Part shown: piece by piece, positions 15,891-22,869 of the stretch | Numbering within the stretch: the stretch's first letter is position 1 | How the letters are laid out: each line of letters opens with the position of its first letter | Source of the DNA: Streptococcus zhangguiae | GTDB lineage: Bacteria; Bacillota; Bacilli; Lactobacillales; Streptococcaceae | Direction of reading: 5' to 3' | Assembly: GCF_017639855.1 (NCBI RefSeq) | Contig: NZ_CP072115.1 | Span: 1,150,459-1,174,458, forward strand | Length of the DNA stretch: 24,000 bases | Position numbers and translations under genes: made by a program | Notes under the pieces: generated by a model | Database searches by the model: none | What the model saw: the letters and a program-made list of their open reading frames with translations, nothing else | What the model was told of the DNA's origin: nothing

Positions 15891-17111
15891 ATGAAATACC
15901 CTACACTTTTAGAACGATTCCTTGTCTATGTAAAAGAAAATACACGCTCTGACGAGACGTCCACTACCACACCAAGTACCCAAAACCAAGTTGAGTTTGC
16001 CCAAAACATTCTGCTTCCTGAAATGGAACGCATCGGACTTCAAAATGTCCACTATCTGCCGAATGGATTTGCCGTAGGAACACTTCCTGCCAATGCCCCT
16101 ACTTTGACACGTAAGATTGGCTTTATCGCCCATATGGATACGGCAGACTTTAATGCCGAAGGTGTCAATCCGCAGATTATTGAAAACTATGACGGAAATC
16201 CGATTGCCCTTGGGACATCTGGTTTTGAATTGCATCCAAAAGATTTTCCGCAATTAAACAACTATCACGGGCAAACCTTGATTACAACAGACGGAACTAC
16301 CTTGCTTGGTTCTGACGATAAATCAGGAATTGCTGAGATTATGACAGCCATTGAATACTTGGTCGCTCATCCTGAAATCAAACACTGCGAAATCCGTGTT
16401 GGATTCGGTCCAGATGAAGAAATCGGTGTGGGAGCAGATAAATTTGATGTGGAAGATTTTGATGTTGATTTTGCCTATACAATGGACGGCGGTCCACTTG
16501 GCGAACTCCAATACGAAACTTTTAGCGCTGCTGGTGCTAAGATTGATTTCCTTGGACGAAATGTTCACCCTGGGTCTGCTAAAGATCAAATGATCAATGC
16601 CTTCCAACTAGCAATTGACTTCCATAATGCTCTCCCAGAAGCAGATCGCCCAGAAAAAACAGATGGGTATCAAGGGTTCTTCCATTTGATGGACATGTCA
16701 GGAAGCGTTGATCAAGCACAAACAACATACATCATTCGTGATTTTGAAGAAGCTGATTTTGAAGCCCGCAAACAGTTGATGCTGGATATTGCTGAGAAGA
16801 TGAATCAAGCATTCGATACTCCTCGTGTTATCGTTCATTTGCATGACCAATACTATAACATGAAGAAAATCATCGAAAAGGATATGACCCCCATTACCAT
16901 TGCTAAAGAAGTCATGGAAAATCTTGGCATCACACCAATCATTGAGCCAGTTCGTGGTGGAACTGACGGATCAAAAATTTCCTTCATGGGTATTCCAACA
17001 CCAAATATCTTTGCAGGTGGTGAGAATATGCATGGCCGCTTTGAATTTGTCAGCCTTGAAACCATGGAAAAAGCTGTCGATGTCATTCTAGGAATTGTGG
17101 GACACCAATAA
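15891..17111 (+). CDS. pepT: Peptidase T (tripeptide aminopeptidase, M20B)
   Basis: I trimmed track ORF 15756-17111 to ATG 15891, which has an AAGGAG SD 6 nt upstream. 406 aa. It has the [23 protein letters not shown]-terminus and the HMDTADF and [12 protein letters not shown] motifs. Confidence 0.92.
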   Translation: MKYPTLLERFLVYVKENTRSDETSTTTPSTQNQVEFAQNILLPEMERIGLQNVHYLPNGFAVGTLPANAPTLTRKIGFIAHMDTADFNAEGVNPQIIENYDGNPIALGTSGFELHPKDFPQLNNYHGQTLITTDGTTLLGSDDKSGIAEIMTAIEYLVAHPEIKHCEIRVGFGPDEEIGVGADKFDVEDFDVDFAYTMDGGPLGELQYETFSAAGAKIDFLGRNVHPGSAKDQMINAFQLAIDFHNALPEADRPEKTDGYQGFFHLMDMSGSVDQAQTTYIIRDFEEADFEARKQLMLDIAEKMNQAFDTPRVIVHLHDQYYNMKKIIEKDMTPITIAKEVMENLGITPIIEPVRGGTDGSKISFMGIPTPNIFAGGENMHGRFEFVSLETMEKAVDVILGIVGHQ

Positions 17112-17127
17112 AAGCCTTATCAGATAA

Positions 17128-17192
17128 GCGCCCTTACTCGTTATTGAAGATGAACACCAATTGATCTTTCAATGCTTCTAGGGCGTTTTTTT
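17128..17192 (+). terminator. Intrinsic terminator after pepT
   Basis: GCGCCCT (17128-17134) pairs with AGGGCG (17180-17185), with inner TTGAAGAT/ATCTTTCAA pairing, followed by TTTTTTT. Confidence 0.55.
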
Positions 17193-17282
17193 CCCACCGC
17201 AACCAACAGTAGCAAGATGTAAACTGAGCTTTCTTGGCAAAAATCCTTGTATTTGCTACAGTAAGGATAGGAGGTGACCTAT

Positions 17283-17921
17283 ATGTTACTACATGAAAAA
17301 ATTCGTTTCATTCGCACCATTCATCAATTATCACAGGAACAATTCGCTGAAGAATTTCTGGTCAGTCGCCAATCAGTTTCCAAGTGGGAAAATGGCACTG
17401 CTATTCCTGATCTGCACATTCTCATCAAGATAGCTGATTTTGCCGATATGAGTTTGGACCAACTTGTCCGTGATGACATTGATCTACCAATCCAGCAAGA
17501 CCAACATCATCCTGAACCAGAGATTGAACCACAGCGGAATGCAAGTTTTGCTATTCAAGACTATCTGGGAAAGGTTTGCGATGTTTCCCTTAATACGATG
17601 TGGTACCAAGTTCTGCGAAATGTCAAAATCGTTGGGATCTATCAAAATATGGTCTGCTTTGAAAAACGGCAACGCTACGGCTACTTTCATCTCGATCGCT
17701 GTATCGATATTCTGGTCAAAAAAGAAGAGGAGTATATTCCCTACAATCAGATTGCTTTGGGAAAATGTAAAGCCTACACGAATACCAACCAATTCTGGGG
17801 TGGAAATCACTATCTCTTCAGCCAAGTAACTGCCGTCAATGAAAGAGGAATTGAACTCCAAACGGGACAATTTACATCCTTTATTGATTTCCAGCATTTA
17901 GTAGTTCTCCTAATGAAATAG
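17283..17921 (+). CDS. XRE-family HTH regulator with uncharacterised ~140-aa C-terminal domain
   Basis: The N-terminus is LHEKIRFIRTIHQLSQEQFAEEFLVSRQSVSKWENGTAIPDLHILIKIADFADMSLDQLV, an HTH_3/Cro-C1 domain. I prefer ATG 17283 (AGGAGG SD 8 nt upstream) over the track's GTG 17274. I did not recognise the C-terminal part. Confidence 0.75.
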   Translation: MLLHEKIRFIRTIHQLSQEQFAEEFLVSRQSVSKWENGTAIPDLHILIKIADFADMSLDQLVRDDIDLPIQQDQHHPEPEIEPQRNASFAIQDYLGKVCDVSLNTMWYQVLRNVKIVGIYQNMVCFEKRQRYGYFHLDRCIDILVKKEEEYIPYNQIALGKCKAYTNTNQFWGGNHYLFSQVTAVNERGIELQTGQFTSFIDFQHLVVLLMK

Positions 17922-17925
17922 ACGA

Positions 17926-17951
17926 AACAAGCACTTTTTCAGGTACTTGTT
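17926..17951 (+). repeat. Degenerate copy of the terminator hairpin found at 18238
   Basis: AACAAGCACTTTTTCAGGTACTTGTT matches 18238-18263 at 25/26 positions. The stem has one C/A mismatch, and no T-tract follows. Confidence 0.8.
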
Positions 17952-18237
17952 CAGAACGTAGACAAAACCGAGATTTATTTAAACAAATTCAAAAGCTCTA
18001 CTAACTGAACATTTGATTTTCCGATTTTCGCGAGCAAAGCGAGCCACATCAGATACTTTTCGCTGTGGTAAAAGTAGGGAATGGGACTCAATTGTGATTT
18101 TGTTTAAATCGATTATCCTCGCTCCTTTGTTTCTGGGCTCGGGCTAAAATAATCCACTGGATTATTTTACTCCGCAGGAAGTCGCTACCGTCCACACCAC
18201 CTAAAAAAAGTATCTCAAAAAAACTTTTTCTTCAATC
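17952..18237. repeat. 286-bp intergenic insert carrying modules of the same dispersed repeat family (MITE/BOX-like)
   Basis: Three parts resemble other repeats in the window. 17955-18015 resembles 5549-5603 (AACGTAG...AAAA..GATTT...AAAAG...AACT.GAACATT). 18118-18175 aligns with array-1 units (CCTCGCTC..TTTCTGGGC..G..AAAA.A.TCCRCTGGA) and forms the hairpin AAAATAATCCACTGGATTATTTT. 18009-18037 looks like an inverted unit (its reverse complement reads GGCTCGCTTTGCTCGCGAAAATCGGAAAA). Confidence 0.6.
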
Positions 18238-18267
18238 AACAAGCACTTTTTCAGGTGCTTGTTTTTA
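18238..18267 (+). terminator. Intrinsic terminator (intact copy)
   Basis: ACAAGCAC-TTTTTCAG-GTGCTTGT is a perfect 8-bp stem followed by TTTTT. Confidence 0.7.
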
Positions 18268-18268
18268 T

Positions 18269-18346
18269 TATATAAAAAATTTATATATTACTCTTGACTT
18301 CCTTTGGCAATATGTATATAATTTATATATAAAATTTTTATATATA
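18269..18346. promoter_or_regulatory. Pair of 19-bp palindromes TATATAAA-N3-TTTATATA bracketing the padR promoter; candidate PadR operators
   Basis: Site 1 is 18269-18287, TATATAAA-AAA-TTTATATA. Site 2 is 18324-18346, a perfect palindrome with 11-bp arms (TATATATAAAA-T-TTTTATATATA) containing the same 19-bp core at 18326-18344. A third, 15-bp palindrome lies at 18315-18329. Confidence 0.35.
18294..18322 (+). promoter_or_regulatory. Sigma-A promoter of the PadR triad
   Basis: TTGACT (18294-18299), an exact 17-nt spacer, then TATAAT (18317-18322). It lies 38 nt upstream of ATG 18361. Confidence 0.6.
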
Positions 18347-18360
18347 AGAGAGGTGAACGT

Positions 18361-18678
18361 ATGTACTATCCTGTTTCCTCTGTCTTGATTGAATTTCTGA
18401 TTCTATCGATTGTCGAAAAACATGACTCCTACGGATATGAAATCAGTCAGACCATTAAGATTGTAGCGGATATTAAGGAATCAACCTTATATCCCATTCT
18501 GAAAAAACTGGAAAAAGCAGCTTTTGTGACGACCTATTCTCAAGAATTTCAGGGGCGCAAGCGCAAATATTACAAAATTACCGACCAAGGTCGCAAGCAG
18601 ATTACCTTTTTGCAAACCGAATGGACGGAATACAAGGACAATATAGACGGTATTATAGAAGGGAGCTTACGTAAATGA
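18361..18678 (+). CDS. PadR-family winged-HTH regulator (short, subfamily-2 type)
   Basis: 105 aa. The core SVLIEFLILSIVEKHDSYGYEISQTIKIVADIKESTLYPILKKLEKAAFVTTYSQEFQGRKRKYYKITDQG is typical of PadR. GAGAGGTG SD. Confidence 0.87.
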   Translation: MYYPVSSVLIEFLILSIVEKHDSYGYEISQTIKIVADIKESTLYPILKKLEKAAFVTTYSQEFQGRKRKYYKITDQGRKQITFLQTEWTEYKDNIDGIIEGSLRK

Positions 18679-19259
18679 CACGCAACGACTATATCACTCA
18701 ATTACAGAAATATCTTAAACGCTTGCCAGCAGAGGATTATCAAGATGCCATGGAACATTTTAATGAATACTTTGACGAAGCTGGATTAGAAAACGAGGCA
18801 CAGGTCATTGCTGAGCTAGGTAGTCCTAAGCAGGCTGCACGCGAAATCCTTAACCAACTCTATGATAAAAAGACTGAGATGGGTACTGCTACGGCTAAAA
18901 ATACCATTCTCATTGTAATACTCAGTATCCTAGCAGCTCCTTTAGCCTTTCCTTTAGCTCTGACCCTCTTGGCCTTATTTTTGACCGCTATTATCCTGGT
19001 TTTCAGTTTCTTGTTGGTCCTTGCTTCTATATGGATTAGTGCTATTGCTTTAGGCATCGGATTTATCTTTACAGCTTTTCAGGTTCTTTCAATCGCCTGG
19101 AGTAGCTCACTCCTCTTTATTGGACTTGGACTAGCCGCTATTACTCTAGGGCTTCTTGGTACACAGATGACAATTATTCTTGGAAAAAAGACTGTCCTTG
19201 CTCTTATTCACTTGATGCAAGAAAAAGTTATTAGGAGAAACCGCTATGAAATCATTTAA
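18675..19259 (+). CDS. DUF1700 (HAAS)-type membrane protein
   Basis: 194 aa. The N-terminus MTRNDYITQLQKYLKRLPAEDYQDAMEHFNEYFDEAG...ELGSPKQAAREI matches the DUF1700 pattern, followed by about 4 TM helices. The start overlaps the PadR stop (ATGA). Confidence 0.78.
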   Translation: MTRNDYITQLQKYLKRLPAEDYQDAMEHFNEYFDEAGLENEAQVIAELGSPKQAAREILNQLYDKKTEMGTATAKNTILIVILSILAAPLAFPLALTLLALFLTAIILVFSFLLVLASIWISAIALGIGFIFTAFQVLSIAWSSSLLFIGLGLAAITLGLLGTQMTIILGKKTVLALIHLMQEKVIRRNRYEII

Positions 19260-20109
19260 CCGTTTTACCAAAACCTGTCTAACTCTTCTCTTTGTCGGAC
19301 TCAGCCTTGCAGGTGCTGGCTTTCTACTAGGCGGTTGGAAGAATCTGAAACAAGAAGTCGCTCTCAATCGAAAGTTAGAAACCATTGACTTTGACAAGGT
19401 AGAGTCGCTTGATATTCAAACGAGTATCATTATCGCTCCGTCAAAAGATAAGCAGTTTCATCTGAGTTACTATCACTACCTGAAAGATCAGTTTCCGCCT
19501 GTAAACTACCGATTAAAAGATAAACAACTGACAATCAACGATAATCAGCCGAACTCGTTCATCAATACGGACGGTCTACTTGATATCGTTCTACATCTTA
19601 GTCAGCAAAATTGGGTTGAAGAACGCATCCCTCGCCTTGAAGTGCCTAAGGGAACAAGCCTAAAAGAGCTGAAAGGTCTTGTTGATATAGGAGATATTGC
19701 TCTTAAAAACATTACCATTGATACTGCCGAACTAACTGTCAATGTTGGCCCTGTCAAACTAAGTAACGTCAACATCGGTACACTCCATTTAGATGTCGAT
19801 GCAGGAGAAATTCAACTGGCAGATGTCAGTCTAGCTCCCCCAATTGTCAAAGAAGGCTCTAGCCTGTTGAACAAAAGCTCGATTAGCTTAAATACCGGAG
19901 ATATTACCGCAACTAACCTCAGCCTAACTGGACAAAATAGCATCTTTACAGACATCGGCAACATTGACCTGCAACTCAATCCTAAAACAGCTGTCAACAT
20001 TGAAGCAAACACAGACCTCGGTAGCGTATCCAATCACTTCCAAAACCAACCCAACTCCCAGAATCGCCTCATTCTTGAGACAGATACAGGAGATATTCGG
20101 GTGAAGTAG
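19246..20109 (+). CDS. Membrane-anchored DUF4097 (toastrack / LiaG-like beta-helix) protein
   Basis: 287 aa. It has an N-terminal TM anchor (CLTLLFVGLSLAGAGFLLGGW), then repeated G(D/E)I..xN(I/L) rungs ending ETDTGDIRVK. AGGAG SD; the gene overlaps the upstream one by 14 nt. Confidence 0.78.
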   Translation: MKSFNRFTKTCLTLLFVGLSLAGAGFLLGGWKNLKQEVALNRKLETIDFDKVESLDIQTSIIIAPSKDKQFHLSYYHYLKDQFPPVNYRLKDKQLTINDNQPNSFINTDGLLDIVLHLSQQNWVEERIPRLEVPKGTSLKELKGLVDIGDIALKNITIDTAELTVNVGPVKLSNVNIGTLHLDVDAGEIQLADVSLAPPIVKEGSSLLNKSSISLNTGDITATNLSLTGQNSIFTDIGNIDLQLNPKTAVNIEANTDLGSVSNHFQNQPNSQNRLILETDTGDIRVK

Positions 20110-20124
20110 GCAAGACTATCATTC

Positions 20125-20145
20125 AAAAGAGCTAGCTCTTTTTCC
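20125..20145 (+). terminator. Weak terminator after the triad
   Basis: AAAAGAGCTAGCTCTTTTT is a short palindromic stem with a T-run. Confidence 0.35.
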
Positions 20146-20150
20146 TTCCC

Positions 20151-20179
20151 TTGAAAATTCCTGCTCATTCTGCTACAAT
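20151..20179 (+). promoter_or_regulatory. Sigma-A promoter of CDF gene
   Basis: TTGAAA (20151-20156), a 17-nt spacer, then TACAAT (20174-20179), with the TGC making an extended -10. The leader is only about 20 nt. Confidence 0.55.
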
Positions 20180-20202
20180 GAAGCAAGTAGAAAGGATGGA
20201 CT

Positions 20203-21399
20203 ATGCAGCAACAAGTACAGAATTTAAAACTGGCAGAACGTGGGGCCATTGTCTCTATCACCGCCTATGTCCTCCTATCTGGGGCAAAATTAGCAGCTGG
20301 CTCTCTCTTTCACTCGGACGCCCTCACGGCGGATGCCTTTAACAATATTTCCGATATTATCGGCAATATCGCTGTTCTAGTTGGGCTTAAAATGGCGCAG
20401 AAACCTGCAGACACAGATCATAAATTCGGCCATTGGAAAATGGAAGATTTGGCCAGTCTGATGACCTCTTTCATCATGTTTGTCGTTGGATTTCAGGTTC
20501 TGCATAGTACCCTTCAAAAACTGATTAATAAAGAAGTGGCTGAAATTGATATCATGGCAGCTATCATTGGAGTTGTATCTGCTATCGTTATGCTCGCTGT
20601 CTATCTTTACAATAAAAATTTAGCAAAAAGAGTTCGTTCCAAGGCTCTTGAAGCTACTGCTAAGGACAACTTATCTGATGCGCTGACGTCTATCGGGACA
20701 TCGATTGCTGTTGTAGCAGCCGCCTTTCAATTTCCAATTGTCGATAAACTTGCAGCCATTATCATTACGTTTTTCATTTTAAAAACAGCCTATAGTATTT
20801 TCATGGAGAGTTTCTTTACTTTGTCAGACGGTTTTGATGAGGAGTTGCTTAACAAGTACGAAACAGATATTCTCAAACTCCCCAAGATTAGTGCCGTCAA
20901 ATCCCAACGGGGTCGGACATACGGTGCCAACATCTATCTGGATGTTGTTTTAGAAATGAATCCTGACCTGTCTGTCTATGAAAGCCATGAAGTAACGGAG
21001 AAGGTAGAACAGCTCCTAATTTTAAAACACGGTGTCTTTGATGTGGATATCCATGTAGAGCCGTCTGAAATTCCTCACGATGAAATGTATGAGCATGTCT
21101 TTGATAAACTCTATCGCTTCGAATCCGAAATCCAGGCCCATGAAAAAGGCTATGAACAGCTGATTGAGGATACGTATCTCCTGATTGATGAACAAGGTCA
21201 ATACCTCAATAAGGACCAAATGCTTCAAACACACCACGTTCAATCTACCTATCTGACCAATTTCCAAATGGTTTCAGTCAGCCAAAAATCAAAGCTAGTA
21301 ACATTTGAAATCGGAAATAAAGTCCATACTTCTCTCTGGCGGCGCCATGAAGTCTGGCAAGTCGTCTTTCACCAAATAACAGAAAAAAAGCTGAACTAG
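20203..21399 (+). CDS. Cation diffusion facilitator exporter, Mn-type (MntE-like), with C-terminal extension
   Basis: 398 aa. TM2 is ADAFNNISD (N47xxxD51) and TM5 is DNLSD (D155xxxD159), so there is no His in site A. The canonical CDF end is DVDIHVEP at about residue 287, followed by about 110 further residues. Confidence 0.85.
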   Translation: MQQQVQNLKLAERGAIVSITAYVLLSGAKLAAGSLFHSDALTADAFNNISDIIGNIAVLVGLKMAQKPADTDHKFGHWKMEDLASLMTSFIMFVVGFQVLHSTLQKLINKEVAEIDIMAAIIGVVSAIVMLAVYLYNKNLAKRVRSKALEATAKDNLSDALTSIGTSIAVVAAAFQFPIVDKLAAIIITFFILKTAYSIFMESFFTLSDGFDEELLNKYETDILKLPKISAVKSQRGRTYGANIYLDVVLEMNPDLSVYESHEVTEKVEQLLILKHGVFDVDIHVEPSEIPHDEMYEHVFDKLYRFESEIQAHEKGYEQLIEDTYLLIDEQGQYLNKDQMLQTHHVQSTYLTNFQMVSVSQKSKLVTFEIGNKVHTSLWRRHEVWQVVFHQITEKKLN

Positions 21400-21424
21400 T
21401 GTCACACCTAGTATCAGCTTTTTC
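21383..21424. terminator. Bidirectional terminator between CDF gene and convergent small ORF
   Basis: AGCTGAACTAG (21389-21399) pairs with CTAGT-A-TCAGCT (21408-21419): 11 bp with one bulge and an 8-nt loop. An A-run lies upstream and a T-run downstream. It overlaps the CDF stop codon. Confidence 0.6.
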
Positions 21425-21438
21425 TATCTCATCAGTTA

Positions 21439-21621
21439 TTATTTCCAAATAACCTGTATCAAGGTCACAATCGCATATAGTAAAGAAATACTAAAGACAA
21501 AAAAGGCAAGGAAAACCAGTTTCCGAGGTCTCGTCTTTCTCAACTGGTAAATTCGGTAAAGAATCCAGCATAGGGCAAAAATTCTGACAAAGATCAAAAA
21601 ATGAAACAATTCCGCAGACAT
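21439..21621 (-). CDS. Small hypothetical membrane protein (60 aa, 2 predicted TM helices)
   Basis: The sequence is MSAELFHFLIFVRIFALCWILYRIYQLRKTRPRKLVFLAFFVFSISLLYAIVTLIQVIWK. I prefer ATG 21621 to the track's TTG 21627, because a GGAAGGAG SD lies 9 nt upstream. An extended -10 TGGTATAGT is on the minus strand upstream. Confidence 0.5.
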   Translation of the reverse strand: MSAELFHFLIFVRIFALCWILYRIYQLRKTRPRKLVFLAFFVFSISLLYAIVTLIQVIWK

Positions 21622-21674
21622 GGCCAACCACTCCTTCCTCTCACCATTACTATACCATTTTTTATAATGAAAAG

Positions 21675-21697
21675 CTAGAAGATCCTAGACCTTCTAG
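21675..21697 (-). terminator. Weak terminator after mtlD
   Basis: CTAGAAG-9 nt-CTTCTAG is a perfect 7-bp stem. On the minus strand it is followed by CTTTTC. Confidence 0.35.
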
Positions 21698-21708
21698 TTT
21701 GGTTTCTG

Positions 21709-22854
21709 CTACTTTCCTTCTACTGCTGCAACGATTTCCGCAACAAGGGCTTGATCCGTCACACCTGTGACTTTTTCAACGACACCTGCAAGTGACTCCT
21801 TAGCAAGCAAGTCCTGTAATTCAAGGGATTGGGCATCTGTTTGATCCTTGTATTCAAAAATATAGCGAACGGTTTGAAGTAGGGCATCATAAGACAAGCC
21901 ACGCTCGCGCAATTCACGGATTGGGCGGATGAAGCGCTCATCATAACCTAATTTGCGAATCGGTGTACGAGCTACACGCGCTACATCATCAATAATAAAC
22001 GGATTTTCAAACCGGCTGATAATAATCTTGTGATAGTCTTTTAGTGTTGATTCTTCAAAGCCCCACTTGGCAACGAGGAGGCTGCGTATTTCTGCTAAGA
22101 CAGCTTCAACTTTTTCTTTAACAGTTGGATTTTGCAGAGCTTCCAAAATGGTTTGTGCACCGAAATGTGCTCCAGTATAAGCTGAAGTAGCATGTCCTGA
22201 GTTAACAGAGAACAATTTCCGCTCAATAAATGGCTCAAGATTTGCTTCATAGTGAACCTTGTCCAGTTTTAAGTCAGGATTTTTCATGGCATGGGTTTCT
22301 ACAACCCACTCGTTGAAAGGCTCTACTACTACAAAAAGAGGATCTTCATGACTTTGAGCTGGGACAATACGGTCTACCGCAGCATTCGGGAATCCGATAT
22401 GCTCTTCTGCAAAGGCTAAACCTGATTCGGACAAGTGTTTCTTGACTTCTTCATAGAGGAAACTTGATCCACCAATCATGTTTTCGCAAGCTAGGACATC
22501 GAGAGGTTGCGTATTTCCTGCGTTCTTACGTGCTTCAATTCCTTGTGCTACCAAGCCAGCAATAAATGGAAGGATATTGGGACCAATCGCTGTAGTCACT
22601 AAATCTGCTTCTGCAATAGCTGCTACTACTTCCTCAGGGTGAGTAGCGTTGTTTATTCCACGTACGCTTGAGACAGCAATATGGCGTTGCCCTTCTTCTG
22701 CAATCTCAATTTCATAGCTACCACGTTCATTTAACGCATCAATAATTCGTTCATTGACGTCGACAAAGGCTATTTCAAAGCCATTTTCAAAGAGAATTTC
22801 CCCAATAAAGCCACGACCAATATTTCCCGCACCAAAATGTACTGCTTTTTCCAT
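21709..22854 (-). CDS. mtlD: Mannitol-1-phosphate 5-dehydrogenase
   Basis: 381 aa. The N-terminus is [34 protein letters not shown] (Rossmann GAGNIGRG). The full-length pattern is typical of MtlD, and the gene sits in an mtl operon context. Confidence 0.93.
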   Translation of the reverse strand: MEKAVHFGAGNIGRGFIGEILFENGFEIAFVDVNERIIDALNERGSYEIEIAEEGQRHIAVSSVRGINNATHPEEVVAAIAEADLVTTAIGPNILPFIAGLVAQGIEARKNAGNTQPLDVLACENMIGGSSFLYEEVKKHLSESGLAFAEEHIGFPNAAVDRIVPAQSHEDPLFVVVEPFNEWVVETHAMKNPDLKLDKVHYEANLEPFIERKLFSVNSGHATSAYTGAHFGAQTILEALQNPTVKEKVEAVLAEIRSLLVAKWGFEESTLKDYHKIIISRFENPFIIDDVARVARTPIRKLGYDERFIRPIRELRERGLSYDALLQTVRYIFEYKDQTDAQSLELQDLLAKESLAGVVEKVTGVTDQALVAEIVAAVEGK

Positions 22855-22869
22855 GTCTTTCCTTCTTTC

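Noticed and set aside
17464-17897. Alternative ORFs over the XRE gene: 17464-17829 (+, 121 aa) and 17484-17897 (-, 137 aa).
   Set aside because: Neither has an SD or a recognisable domain. The plus-strand alternative is compositionally odd (rich in S, I and K). The 17283 frame is continuous with a clear HTH domain, so I treat the alternatives as shadow ORFs.
20110-20202. A yybP-ykoY manganese riboswitch or other leader element upstream of the Mn-type CDF gene.
   Set aside because: The promoter TTGAAA-17-TACAAT leaves only about 20 nt of leader before the SD. That is no room for a structured riboswitch.
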